Assembly (NCBI GenBank): GCA_963768425.1
Contig: CAVYHV010000024.1
Coordinates: 1 to 59,952, forward strand
Length of the DNA: 59,952 bases
Origin: Candidatus Bathyarchaeota archaeon
Lineage (GTDB): Archaea; Thermoproteota; Bathyarchaeia; Bathyarchaeales; Bathycorpusculaceae
Reading direction: 5' to 3'
The notes under the pieces were generated by a model. It was not told the DNA's origin. It made no database searches and saw only the letters and a program-made list of their open reading frames with translations. Shown one piece after another: positions 38,401-50,112 of this stretch. Position 1 is the stretch's first letter. Each line of letters opens with the position of its first letter. Made by a program: the position numbers and the translations under genes.

Positions 38401-39333
38401 ATGGTTGCTGAATTAAAGAGACTAGATAGAGGCGTCGCCGTTCTTATTCCAAGCTATGATCGACCTGAAATGTTAGAATTGGCTTTACAAAGTTGGCTTA
38501 ACGCTGATTCTGTAGCAAAAATTTTCGTGATAGCACAGGCTTCAAAACAAAATATTTTCGAGAAGTATGAAGAAGTTTTAGCAAATTTTGCTAAAGATGA
38601 TCGGGTTACTTGTACTCTTTTTTCCAGAGGGATTGGTTCTATCAAAGCCAGAAATGCTCTTTTAGATATAGCTTCTGAGAGTAATTATGAGTATGTGGTA
38701 ATGGCAGATGACGACTATCTTCTGCCTGAAAGTAACTGCTTAATAGAGATGGCTAAGATATTTGAACTGGACAATAGAATTGGGGCTATTGGCGGTAGAG
38801 TTGTTGTTAAGGGTTTAAGACAGGATGGTGATTTTTTCCTGAATTTGCCTCTGAATGTAGCTAATATTATGTCAAAGTTAACTGGTTATGTGTTTCTTGA
38901 CGTAAAACATGGGCCTCGATATTCGGAGTTTTTAACTCCGTTCTTTATGGTGAAAAAGGATGTTTTGAATAAGAAGATTCGATATGACGAAACTTTCATT
39001 GCACCAACAGGTTTTAGGGAAGAAAGTGATTTTCAAAGTCAGATAAAGTTTGCCGGATTTAGTCTCCTTTTTGATCCACGAAGATATGTTATCCATCTTG
39101 GGATTGAGAAAGGCGGTAACAGACCAAAGATGAGTATGAACAAAAGAATGTACTGGAAAGCCCGAAACAGCACACTCTTCATTCTCAAATGGAACAAATT
39201 CGTTCCCAAGAGATTGTGGTGTTTAGCATTGTCCACTTTAATTTTGTCCTTGTATCGGTCTTGGACGCTACCATGGATTTTTAGAGGAATAAATGACGGA
39301 ATACACGACTTTAAGAATATTGAACTATGCTGA
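38401..39333 (+). CDS. GT2-family glycosyltransferase
   Basis: VLIPSYDR, ARN, ADDD and REESD. Confidence 0.88.
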   Translation: MVAELKRLDRGVAVLIPSYDRPEMLELALQSWLNADSVAKIFVIAQASKQNIFEKYEEVLANFAKDDRVTCTLFSRGIGSIKARNALLDIASESNYEYVVMADDDYLLPESNCLIEMAKIFELDNRIGAIGGRVVVKGLRQDGDFFLNLPLNVANIMSKLTGYVFLDVKHGPRYSEFLTPFFMVKKDVLNKKIRYDETFIAPTGFREESDFQSQIKFAGFSLLFDPRRYVIHLGIEKGGNRPKMSMNKRMYWKARNSTLFILKWNKFVPKRLWCLALSTLILSLYRSWTLPWIFRGINDGIHDFKNIELC

Positions 39334-39348
39334 GGGGGTACCTAGAAA

Positions 39349-40500
39349 ATGCGTATAGTGCATGTTTTTCATCAATACTACCCTATCATTGGTGGTATGG
39401 AGAGAGTTGTTCAGGGGCTGGCTGAGGCTCAAGTTACGCTTGGGCATGAAGTCGGTGTGATCACTAGCAATTATGGGTCTCAGAAAATCTCAGCTGAGGA
39501 AATTTTGAATAATGTGCATATTCAAAGAATTAAGGCTTGGCGGCTTCACTATCCTGATCTGACGATTCCGAGAGTATTACCTGTCAAGCTATTGAAAAAC
39601 GCTGATATTGTTCATGTACATGCTCAAAACAGCTTGTTTAGCCTGAAAATACTTAACGAGACCTTCAAGTTAGGGATAAAAAACGCATGTTACTTTATGG
39701 CTGTAGATACCTTCCAAAGTCATCCAAGTTTGTTCGTAAGATTTTTCGCTCCATATTATGGAAAAAGGAGCATCAATAAAGCGTTAAAGCAATCAAATCT
39801 TATACTTGTTAAGAGTCTGAGAGACTTAGAGATTCTAAAAAATGTGTATGGTGTTGAAGCTACCTACTTGCCTGATGCCGTCGAATATTCTATTTTGATA
39901 TCAAAGAAGGAAAATCCAAGTGAGTTCAAGCAGAAATTCGGAATTAGACAGAAATATTTCTTCCTTTTCATCGGTAGAATGCAGAAGCTTAAGGGACCAC
40001 ACATCTTGGTTAAAGCTCTAAAGTATGTTAATGATGATGTTGCAGCAGTTTTCATTGGACCAGATGGAGGCTATCTTAGGGAGACTCTGAATTTGGCTGG
40101 AAAACTTGGAGTTAGAAATAGAACTTACATGTTGGGTTATGTGGATGAGGCGACTAAGATACAGGCTCTTGATTCTGCAGTGGCTCTTGTTCTTCCGTCG
40201 ATAGCAGATTATGAGACTTATCCGGGCGTTATTTCTGAGGCTTGGGCAAGGGGAAAACCAGTGATAGCATCTAGGGTTGGTGGAGTCCCTTACCGAGTTA
40301 AACAGCAAGAAAACGGAATATTGGTTGATTCTTCAAATCCTAAAATGTTGGCAGATGCTATGTTGGAGCTTGTCGGTAACGATAGATCGGCTGAAGAAAT
40401 GGGCAGAAACGGGAAGACAGAAGTATTCTCATGGGCGACGATAGCCATGAAATCCATCGGAATGTACGAGCACGTTCTAAAGGATAAAAAGCGCGCGTGA
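39349..40500 (+). CDS. GT4-family glycosyltransferase
   Basis: YYPIIGGMER, FIGR...KG and EAWARGKPVIASRVGG. Confidence 0.92.
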   Translation: MRIVHVFHQYYPIIGGMERVVQGLAEAQVTLGHEVGVITSNYGSQKISAEEILNNVHIQRIKAWRLHYPDLTIPRVLPVKLLKNADIVHVHAQNSLFSLKILNETFKLGIKNACYFMAVDTFQSHPSLFVRFFAPYYGKRSINKALKQSNLILVKSLRDLEILKNVYGVEATYLPDAVEYSILISKKENPSEFKQKFGIRQKYFFLFIGRMQKLKGPHILVKALKYVNDDVAAVFIGPDGGYLRETLNLAGKLGVRNRTYMLGYVDEATKIQALDSAVALVLPSIADYETYPGVISEAWARGKPVIASRVGGVPYRVKQQENGILVDSSNPKMLADAMLELVGNDRSAEEMGRNGKTEVFSWATIAMKSIGMYEHVLKDKKRA

Positions 40501-40639
40501 GAAGCAGTGAAAACACGGGAAGATGCAACAAAGCAGCATTACTGACCTACTTAACACATAATATTGGAATAAGGCAACCCGCAAGACTGGCAATGCCTAG
40601 AATCTTACATCGATTACTTCGTTAAAGCAAGAGTTTTAT

Positions 40640-41677
40640 TTGATCAGCTTATGCCAAAATAGATCCGAGGACGTTTTCTTCTTGAAAGTCTCCATCTTGA
40701 TATTGAACTTTAATGGTTCAAAATTTTTGAAAACCCTTTTCTCCACTTTGTCTAGTCAAACATTTAAGGACTTTGAGGTTATTTTTGTCGATAACAAATC
40801 GACTGATAACAGCTTAAGCTTACTGGGCGAAATATTGCAGGATGAAGCAAATAGAAACCTAAATGTGAAAACAATCAAAATGAAGAAAAACTTCGGCTAT
40901 TGCATGGGAAATAATGTGGGCCTCAAGCACGCAAATGGCGAGTATGTAGTATTTTTAAACAATGATACATATGTTGCTTCTACTTGGTTGGCCGAACTTG
41001 TAGATGTTATAATTGGCGACCCGTCTATAGGCGCTTGCCAGAGCAGGCATATTCAACCTCAAACAGGTACGGTGCATAATGATGGATGGTATCTTGATAG
41101 ATATTGTTGGACTCAAAGAATAATTCTGCATCCCTTAGATCAAAAAATGTCAAAAGTTCCTTTTTATGTCTCTGGATCTTGCATGATTATGAGGAAGGCT
41201 GACCTTGACAAATTATCCGGTTTCGACGGAGAGCTTTTTTTCGGTGATTTCGATATTTGCTGGAGGCTGAGACTGATGGGTTATGAAATTGCAGTGGCAT
41301 TTAACTCACTTTGCTTTCACTTCGGAAGTGTAGCAACAGATATGCTACATCCTAAGGTTAATACTTTTTATTTTCATTGCAGAGAGATGCTTAGGGTATT
41401 GCTCAAAAATTATTCAACAATTAATGTTGTGCGTCGAATTCCTGTGGCATTGGTTCTCATGGTTGGTCAAACAGCTTATTGGACATTCAAGTGTCGGACC
41501 CCGCTGTTCTCAATGAATTTGTTGAAAGCGTTAATTTGGAATTTGCAAAAATTCAGGGACACATTTTCTTGCAGATTGGAAATTCAGAATAGCAGAATAC
41601 CATCTGACGATAAAATTGATTCTTCAATGCTTAACTACTCAGTGATTCTTACGCGTAGCAATTTGCGTAACCATTGA
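40640..41677 (+). CDS. GT2-family glycosyltransferase (rhamnosyltransferase-like)
   Basis: VSILILNFNG, VDNKSTD, N.GY..GNN.G, FLNNDT and D.CWRL. Confidence 0.9.
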   Translation: MISLCQNRSEDVFFLKVSILILNFNGSKFLKTLFSTLSSQTFKDFEVIFVDNKSTDNSLSLLGEILQDEANRNLNVKTIKMKKNFGYCMGNNVGLKHANGEYVVFLNNDTYVASTWLAELVDVIIGDPSIGACQSRHIQPQTGTVHNDGWYLDRYCWTQRIILHPLDQKMSKVPFYVSGSCMIMRKADLDKLSGFDGELFFGDFDICWRLRLMGYEIAVAFNSLCFHFGSVATDMLHPKVNTFYFHCREMLRVLLKNYSTINVVRRIPVALVLMVGQTAYWTFKCRTPLFSMNLLKALIWNLQKFRDTFSCRLEIQNSRIPSDDKIDSSMLNYSVILTRSNLRNH

Positions 41678-41719
41678 CGGCTTTTTCTAGCGCGGCGCGC
41701 TCGTGATGGACAAAGCATC

Positions 41720-41917
41720 TTGATAAGGGGCAGCTCGCAAGAATTTGTGAGAGCGATATTAAAGCTACTTGACAAACAATCCTTCGCTGAAGAGATTGGC
41801 AGTAATGCAAAAGAACTATCGATGAGGAAATATAGATGCCAGATTATGACCGCGGCGCTAAAAGAGCCTATAAAAGCATTTGTCATACATCTAAGTAGAG
41901 CTGTGAACAAGTCATAG
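41720..41917 (+). pseudogene. GT4 C-terminal fragment
   Basis: EFVRAILKLL...EEIGSNAKEL..RKY resembles a GT4 tail; no N-terminal part. Confidence 0.45.
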
Positions 41918-42173
41918 AATCAATAGGCAGCTAAAAGAAGCAACATGGAAAGAAAAAAAGCATACAAAAACCATAGAAGAGATCTTACCAAGAAACAGTA
42001 ACAGTTTCATGAGTAACTATGAGAAACCTGATTTTTCGAGTAAGAAAGACATTGGAAGAAGTTTCTTAGGAACCTGTAATGAATAACTGGCGCCGCCTTT
42101 TCCTGATATTATGTGTTGAATTAGGTTGGTAAGCATGGTTTGTCTAGTCTTCTACGTTTTCTGCTGCTAGCGT

Positions 42174-44404
42174 GTGCAAAGAATCGGCTCTGATAGTTCA
42201 AAACAAATTGACATTGAGTTGACGCTGAACATGAGAAAAGTCATGATGATTATACCAATTATGACTTTATTTGCGAATATTGCAATTTTGTTAGACATCC
42301 CAATTCTCAGAGAAATCATTGTTTTTATCTTCCTATCATTTATACCAGGATTTGCCATTCTCAGACTGTTCAAACTGAAGGAAATCAGTTTTCTGGACAC
42401 TGTTCTCTTCTCGGTAGGTCTGAGTATTGCGTTTGTAATGTTTATGGGTTTGTTAGTTAATGAGTTGTATCTATTTCTTGGCTTTTCTCAACCTTTGTCG
42501 ACTATCCCACTAACGGTAGCAATATCTGCTTTTACATTGACTGTTTTTTTCATCGAATACAGACGCGATTTGTCAGAAACTTTGAAGCTGAAAACAAGTT
42601 TTGAAGGCAAACTAAAAAATGTTTTCCCTTTATCCATAATCCTATTTCTTCTTCCTCTTCTCAGCGCAATAGGTGTTTTGTATCTTAATGTCTCCGTTAT
42701 TCTCCTTTCAGACGCAATAATCGCTGCTTTGTGTGTAATGAGCGTTGTGTCCAGAAGACTGGTTCCAGAAAACCTATTCCCATTTTTGATTTTTTCGATT
42801 TCTATAGCTCTTGTTTGTCAAGTTCCGTTAACTTCAAAATATATTGTGGGCTTCGACGCTAACCTTGAATATTACGTTTTCAGGTTGACCCAGATAAATG
42901 GACACTGGGGTTTTCTTAATGCGAATGTTAACTCGTTGGTAACGCTCAACTACGACTCTATGTTATCAATCACCTTGTTGCCAGCAGTCTATTCTGCTTT
43001 GATGCACGCTCAGGGCGAAATAGTATTCAAAATCTTGTACCCTTTCATCTTTTCTCTCGTACCGCTAACTCTGTACCGAATATGCGAAAAACAGTTCGGA
43101 AAATTGATTGGGCTCCTCTCCGCGCTCTTCTTTGTTTTCACTTCTACAGCTTTTTACGGAACTGAGCCCTTAGGTCTCAACAGGCAAATTGTTGGCGAAC
43201 TTTTTCTCATTCTCTCTGTTTTCCTTTTGATAAGCAAAACCATACCAGTGACAAAACGAAGGTGGCTCTTGATTATTTTTGGGGCCGCTTTAGTAGTATC
43301 ACATTACTCCCTTGCTTATATTTATCTGGCTATAGTAGCTGTTGTTTTCATCATCTCAAGAGTGAAGCCTAGATTTGATGACGCACTTAATACTGTAACT
43401 GTATTGCTTCTTTTTGTGATGACTTTCTCATGGTACAGTCTAACCAGCGCGAGCGCGCCACTGATATCATTGATTAACACCATTAAAACGGTTTTCGTGG
43501 AGTTAACTGCAGGTGTGCCGCCTACTACAGGGACAGCATCTACTACTATGTTCGCTGTTCCCCAGGTTTTTACCGTCGCCACTTGGATTAATCTATTACT
43601 GTCGGGTATCGCATATCTTTTCTTGATAATAGGCGTTCTCGCAATAATATTGAGACCAAAAGGAACAGGAATTTCTGCACAGTACAGAGTAATGATGATT
43701 GTAGCTGCAGTCATCCTGGTCGCTGCGCTTATCGTCCCAAGCATTGCTGCAACTCTCAATTTCACCAGATTCTATGCCATAACTCTGTTATTTTTGTCGC
43801 CTTGCTTTGTTTTAGGAGGCCAGACGCTTCTGGCAACAATAGGAAAAGCATGGACGAAAATTAAGCGACCTCTAAAACGTCAGATTGCCTCAAAAAGCAA
43901 GAATATAGACATAGTGCTCTTGCTAATTGCGATCATTCTAGGCGCATATTTTCTTTCGCAAGTGGGATTTGTAAATCGCGTGACCAACGGTGCCATTCAC
44001 TCTTATACAATTGATTTTGACAGAATTGAAACATCGAACGAAATCCAAGTCAAAATTAGTATCTTTATGATGTTTACATTCCAGAGCAAGACGTATTCAG
44101 CGCATCTTGGTTATTAAACCATAAAGTTGAAACAGCAGAGGTATTCGCTGATTCCTTATCTGAATCTCACGTACTTGTTAGCTACGGCTTAATTCCAAAC
44201 GAACTATTACTTCCCATAACTAATACAACAATTCCTCCGCAAGGTAGCTTCGTCTACTTAGGAAGTTTAAATATAGTAAATGGTGTCATAACTACTCCTA
44301 CTGGATCATTCAACACATCTGAAATCTCGTTCCTTCTCGATCAAAACAATCTAGTATATTCAAATGGCAATAGTGAGATATGGTGTGTTACTCCTGCCCC
44401 TTGA
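42174..44404 (+). CDS. DUF2206 multi-pass membrane protein (GT-C-like); one frameshift near 44065
   Basis: SFIPG, SVGLSIA, RQIVGE and SHYS motifs; the downstream frame continues QDVFSASWL...VYSNG to TGA 44404. Confidence 0.82.
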
Positions 44405-44524
44405 TTCATGGCGCGCAGGCAAGTAAAATAATTGTTTTGCTTCGTGCAAGAGTGCTTTTGACGGCTGGCTTTTTTATGCTTATTGCAAGTTTCTGCTTTT
44501 AATTTTTGTTAGAAATAGTTAAAC

Positions 44525-45716
44525 TAATGGAAACTTGCTGCTTGAAACCCTTATGGCGTTTTCAGATTCTTGGCTTACACTATGTCTCCTTCAGTTCCAT
44601 CTTCTGTTTTCAAGCAAAATACGCTATGCTGTATCGAAGTTCCGGTTTACTGATAAGGTAGTCACTATCGAGACGGCGTAGACCACGCAGAACACCAGAC
44701 ACGTGTGGATGTAGGCGTTCCCAAGGCCCTGCCAGGTTAGCCTACTGTAGGCAAGCCTGGCTTTGACCCTGCCGTTCAGGCTCTCAGACATCGCCCTCAA
44801 TCCCTTGTAGATTACGCGCAGGTGCTCAGGACCCTCCACGTCGATTCGATCCTTTACTGAGAGCACATCCGGCGGATTCTCGCGTCCCTTTTGTCGTCTC
44901 CAAGGTATGACACTGCTTATTTTCCGCGTATTCAAGGTGTCGAAGATCTGGCTGGATTCAAACTGGCTGTCACCCGCCATCAGCTCGACTTCGATATCTT
45001 CGCCCAGCACCTTGTCCAGTAGGGGCTCCACAAGCTTCTTCTCATTGACGTTTGCTGGAGCTTCCACATGGCCTAGTGTGAAGCCTTCAATGTCTACGAG
45101 GAATAGCGACTGATAGCCCAGGATGAAGCCTTTCTTTCCTCTTCCAAGCCGAACATCCGGGTCTCCAAGCCTCGGCTCGTGTAATGTGGGTCTCGACTAC
45201 TCCAACCGGGAAGGTCGGTGCCGTCCACGCAGGCTGCTTGGATAAGGTCGACGGCGGAGAGAGGCTGGCTTTCTCTATGCCTGAGAGCCTCGTGGCGTAG
45301 CCATTCTTCTATGACGCGGAAGCCTTCGACGCCTATGCGTTTTTTCATCTGGGAGAAGTGGGCTTCCGTTGGTACTTTACTGTCGTATCCGCAGGCTAAT
45401 CGCATTTTCAGGTTTCGACTGAGACGTTTTACAAGGTCTTTGACCTAGGGTATCTGCTCCAGTTGACGCAACATGAGGGCTCGCAGGTCACACTCAGGAT
45501 CATACTCTACCGGTCGCCCCGCTCCCTCAAGATGAAGACCATCCAGAGGATAGGACAAAGAGGTTTTAAGTCCAAGTTCTCGGATAGAAGGATTGGAGAA
45601 CCTGATCTCTTCATTTTTTACCCAATATGACGAAGTCAGGCTCTCCTTAATTATTTAATCTGCCTGCGCGCGCCTCACCCCTAAAAACTTAACTAACATA
45701 ATAAAAGTCTCCATTA
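44525..45716 (-). mobile_element. Degenerate IS (IS4/IS5/IS1182-like DDE transposase pseudogene) with candidate terminal IRs
   Basis: VDGT, APANVNE and AGDSQF DDE motifs; in-frame TAG near 45445 and a frameshift; TAATGGAAACTT (44525) versus AAGTCTCCATTA (45705) is an 11/12 IR. Confidence 0.8.
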
Positions 45717-45861
45717 AGAAAAAGCAGCCAAAAAACAATTAATGACTATTTATGCGCTGGGGAATCAAAAAAATTGGTTAAAAATGGAATGGTTATAAGT
45801 CTGTTTTTGCTCTTTTACGCTTCTAAGGGACTTTTTTGACGAATGCGTTTTGGTGAATAAG

Positions 45862-47179
45862 ATGCGGATATTGCAGGTAGTTCACGAGTTTCCTACGAGG
45901 GAGAGTGCGGGAACAGGAATATATACATACGGCGCTTTCCATGGAACTCAGTAAAACACATGAAGTCTTTGTTCTATATCTTAGATATGACGGGTTTCGT
46001 TACGTTCTTAATTACTCTAAAAGAAATGGATTGAATATTTATGAGCTGAATATTCCTTTCTTTGAAGAAATTATGAGGCTCGTCAGCATTAAGGCAACAT
46101 ATATTGATGCAAAAGTCGAGGAAAAATTCAGAGAGTTGCTGATTGAGATAAAACCAGACTGCATTCATTTCCAACACTTGATAGGTTTATCAGCATCTCT
46201 TTTAAAAATCGCTAAAGAAAAAGGCATTCCAACAGTTCTGACTCTTCACGACTACTGGTTTATTTGTCCAATAATCACACTATTAAAACGCAATTCTACT
46301 ATTTGCAATGGCTCGGACGAGCAATCCGAGAACTGCTTTAGATGCTGGAATAATAACCAAGCTAAACATTTAGCTGATACTTGCGGGAAATTCTTGACCC
46401 CAAAAATGTTCTCTGAAAAGCTGTTTGAACCCACGCTAAAGAAAATCAATTCGAAGAAGAAGTTTAGAGAGAGAAAAGAATACATGAAGTCGATCCTGTT
46501 AAACACAGACATAATAATAACCCCTTCTCTGTTTTTAAGAAACTTTTTCATAACATCTGGAATTTCAGCGCCAAAGATTATGTGCTCCGTCAATGGTTAC
46601 GATTTGAGTGCATTCAAGGGTTTCAAAAAGAAAAAACATGAAAATCTAATTTTAGGATTTGTTGGGAGCATCTTAGCACATAAAGGTGTCGAAGTCTTGG
46701 TTGAAGCATTTAATGAGGTGGATTCCATGGATGTAGAATTGAGGATCTATGGAAACTTTGACCGAAAGGCAAATTTTTTCAAACGCCTCCAAACAAAAAA
46801 AAGAAATAACAACATTAAATTTATGGGTAAATATAACGATGTGAAGAATCCATACTCAGAGATAGATATTCTAGTTGTTCCTTCACTCGCCATGGAAACC
46901 GGCGGACCTCTTGTGGTGAAGGAAGCTTGTGCAACAGGCACTCCAGTGATTGCATCAAATATAGGATGCATACCAGAGTTTGTAGTGGACGGAGTTAATG
47001 GGCTGCTTTTTAGAACCGGTGATCCAAAAGATTTGTTCAAAAAAATTAAAACGATAATTGACAATCCATACTTTATAAACGAATTTCAGAAGAACATAGT
47101 TTCACCAAGATCTATTACAGATCAAAGTAAGGAGCTTGAAGAAATATACTCTAATATAACTTGCAAATACGCGCGCTAA
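45862..47179 (+). CDS. GT4-family glycosyltransferase (frameshift near 45930)
   Basis: MRILQVVHEFP..., TLHDYWFICP, HKG and EACATGTPVIASNIG. Confidence 0.88.
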
Positions 47180-47201
47180 AAAGGTATGTAAGCTATTAAA
47201 G

Positions 47202-47490
47202 TTAACAGCATAACTTATTAGACATCTGTGGTAGGAATTTTTGGAACCAGGTTGTTGCGAAGCTCATTTTTCTCGAGAGTTGGCTAAAAGCCTTCAGTAT
47301 TATCGCTAGGAATTCATCTTCAGACCTGAAGAACGCGGATGATATTTCGCGTTTTGGGCATCGCCAGAGTTGCTCGATGGGGTTCAAGTCAGGACTGTGC
47401 GGAGGAAGAAACGTTAACATTATTCCAAGTTCTTCCGCTTTTTCCCTAGTTACGTTCGCTTTGTGAGACGGAAAATTATCCCAGAACCAT
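47202..47490 (-). mobile_element. IS630-family transposase C-terminal remnant
   Basis: DNFPSHK...FLPPHSPDLNPIEQLW signature. Confidence 0.85.
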
Positions 47491-47672
47491 CAGTATCTTC
47501 GCCTTAGCGTGCGCGCCTGAAAAAGCCATATGCATTACTATGCTATCCAGATAGTAGAAATTAACACAAATCAATCGAATTAGCAAGAAGCTGGCGCGCC
47601 GCGCTAATGGGACAAGAATGAAAAAAGAAGGAGTAAATTGCAGACTTCACATAGGTGCGCGACGAGCGAGCG

Positions 47673-49265
47673 CTAATAAGTTGCAGTGTAAGTTACATCT
47701 GAAGAAGCTACAGTTATCGTTTGTGATTGCGTTTTTACGCCGTTACTCCAACTGCTAAAAGTATATCCTGAAACCGTATTAGCTACTAAAGTTACAGAGC
47801 TGCCGACTGTATCATAGAATATGTAAGGTGACGTACTATAAGACCCAGCGTAGCCAGCGCTGCCGTTTGCTGTTACGAATCCAACGCCAGTAGGTGAAGA
47901 AGTAACTGTGACAGCTACTACGGAAGGCGCTGAAGTAATAGTACCCGATCCACCATTAACAAAGTTGGTTCCGCAACCGCTATAGGTATTGCCGTAAACC
48001 GTGTTGTCCGTGCATGTTGAATCCAAATTGATTCCAGCAATAAAAGACCCAGTAATGCTGTTAAACTCGATAATGTTGTATGATGCTCCTATGTTGCCAC
48101 TTATGGCTATCCCGTAGGTGCAAGTTGTTAAGGTGTTTCCTGAAATTAGAATATAGTCTAATGTTGCTGTATCACTTGAACCAGCTACGATGCCCATGGT
48201 AGCGGTGGTTATCGTGTTTCCCGCGATAAAAAGATAATTACCGCTGCCTGTACCGCCACCGTCTTCAATGCTAATGCCCTCATAAGAATCAGCATAGCCA
48301 TCCATATGGCAATAGGCACTGCTTTCATCATAAATGGTGTTTCCAGTAATAATCGTGTTTGTGCCCCAGGTATCTATTCCAACGTCGCTGCAAGCATAAA
48401 CCACATTATTTATTGCATAAGAGTTAGGAGTGTCCACATCAATACCGTTAGTGCCACAATCATAAACGAGACAGTTTACAACACCCATATTAGTTGCAGT
48501 GTAGCTGCCAAATACAGCAGGCGTTATCCCGAAAAGACGAATATTGTAAACGGTTGAGTTTTCAATTAGACAGCTGTTGCCTGAGATATAAATACCAATA
48601 TTATAATTACCGCTTAAATCCGTGGCACCCTCAGTAGTAGGCGAAGGGTATTGGTTTAGTCCATTTCCATTCAGCGTTGCACCTGACACAACAATATTGT
48701 TGCCGTATAGCCACATCATAGTAGCAGTCGTGACAGGAGCCATGCTCGCAGCCTCGTTGTTAGCGACCTCTGTAAGTATTGCTCCACCTATTCCTGCTCC
48801 CGCTACACCAGATTGTAATGTAGATGCAAAAGTTACCGTGACGCTGTTAACGTAAATGTTCCATGTTGAAGCAACCGTGTAAGCACCAGCTTCCACGTAA
48901 ACTGTGCTTCCAGACGCAGCCACTCCTGACGACCCTAACAGATAGTTGAATGTTGTGCTGGAACTGGTGCTTGAGTAAATTACCGAGCTGGCAGAATTTA
49001 ATATTTGGTATTTTGAACCTGAAATATCCATGATGTAGGAATATGTTCCCGTGGGTGTCGGCGTTGGGGTAGGCGTAGGCGTTTGAGTCGGCGTAGGTGT
49101 TGGTGTTGGAGTCGGCGTAGGTGTTTGTTGAACGACTCCGCTTGCTTGGAGGGTGACTGATGCTTGTAGGGACGCGTTACCTAAGTTTATGGAGAAAACT
49201 GCCAAAACAATGATAATGACTGTAAGGGCTGCTAAGACTTGGTTTTTCATTGCGTGTTCACTCAT
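47673..49265 (-). CDS. Secreted right-handed parallel beta-helix protein with a PT linker
   Basis: Signal peptide, (TP)n linker, repeated I.GNT/N.I units and a C-terminal small beta domain. Confidence 0.85.
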   Translation of the reverse strand: MSEHAMKNQVLAALTVIIIVLAVFSINLGNASLQASVTLQASGVVQQTPTPTPTPTPTPTQTPTPTPTPTPTGTYSYIMDISGSKYQILNSASSVIYSSTSSSTTFNYLLGSSGVAASGSTVYVEAGAYTVASTWNIYVNSVTVTFASTLQSGVAGAGIGGAILTEVANNEAASMAPVTTATMMWLYGNNIVVSGATLNGNGLNQYPSPTTEGATDLSGNYNIGIYISGNSCLIENSTVYNIRLFGITPAVFGSYTATNMGVVNCLVYDCGTNGIDVDTPNSYAINNVVYACSDVGIDTWGTNTIITGNTIYDESSAYCHMDGYADSYEGISIEDGGGTGSGNYLFIAGNTITTATMGIVAGSSDTATLDYILISGNTLTTCTYGIAISGNIGASYNIIEFNSITGSFIAGINLDSTCTDNTVYGNTYSGCGTNFVNGGSGTITSAPSVVAVTVTSSPTGVGFVTANGSAGYAGSYSTSPYIFYDTVGSSVTLVANTVSGYTFSSWSNGVKTQSQTITVASSDVTYTATY

Positions 49266-49411
49266 GAAAGTCGTTTTGAGTTTTTGTTTGTGAGCGCATC
49301 GGAGCCGAACATGTATATGAAGATTTACGATTTAATAAATCTTCTGTGTTTGAACTATACAAGTACCGCATATTAAAATATATTAAATGATTTTTCAAAA
49401 TCTTCCCCAAC

Positions 49412-49872
49412 CTAGTTTGTGCCAGTGATGTTTATTTGGACTTTGAAACTTGTGACGCCAACTATGTTTGAGGACACGGTCAGAGTTAGGGTTGCGGCTA
49501 CTGATTTCCCAGGCTGGAGGGCGGTGCCTTGTTGGTTCCATGTTATGGTTATTGGCCCATTTGCGCTCGCGGGACTCCAGTTACTTGGTCTCAAGTTCAG
49601 AGTTAGTGAAAGACCCGTGCTGGTGTTTTTGACGTAGAAGGTCTGAGTGATTTTTCCCCCCGCCTTTAAGGTTCCCAAATTCATAGAACTCAGGCGAATG
49701 GTGCATGCGCTGTCAGAGTATACGCCTAAGTTTGCCGACACAAACACTTTCCCGCTCGCAAACAAAGATCTATAGATGATGTGCTTGCTGCAAAAGTGGC
49801 AATTGATAAAGCAAGTCCAATTATGACTAATGCAAAAACTGCGGCTATGATTGAGAATCTTAGTTTTGCCGT
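49412..49872 (-). CDS. Secreted small beta-rich protein (paralog of 57680-58132), frameshifted
   Basis: NLGVYSDSACT...NWSPASA...ITWN; the signal peptide lies in another frame upstream, after GAGGAGG; the start codon reads ACG. Confidence 0.7.
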
Positions 49873-50015
49873 AAATATCCCCTCCTCAAGTAGCTTGCTT
49901 CATTTTTCAACTTACTACAGTATTTGAACATCACAGGTACTGCTCCCGAAGTTGTGCGTATTTTTTTCTCTCTCCCTAAATTTTGTAACCCCATTAGCAG
50001 TAGAATCTTTATTAT

Positions 50016-50112
50016 GGGTTTTTGCAAAATCAAATAACGTCAATTGTCAACTTTAGCGGGTTTTTGCAAAATCAAATAACGTCAATTGTCAACTTTAGCG
50101 GGTTTTTGCAAA
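50016..50112. repeat. 42-bp tandem repeat, 2 identical copies plus a partial third
   Basis: GGGTTTTTGCAAAATCAAATAACGTCAATTGTCAACTTTAGC at 50016 and 50058; first 13 nt again at 50100. Confidence 0.95.

Noticed and set aside
45440-45450. In-frame TAG as pyrrolysine recoding
   Set aside because: It lies in a transposase that is also frameshifted; simple decay explains it.
49051-49125. Low-complexity DNA repeat
   Set aside because: It encodes the (Thr-Pro)n linker of the beta-helix protein.
50016-50112. CRISPR mini-array
   Set aside because: The units are identical head-to-tail copies with no distinct spacers.
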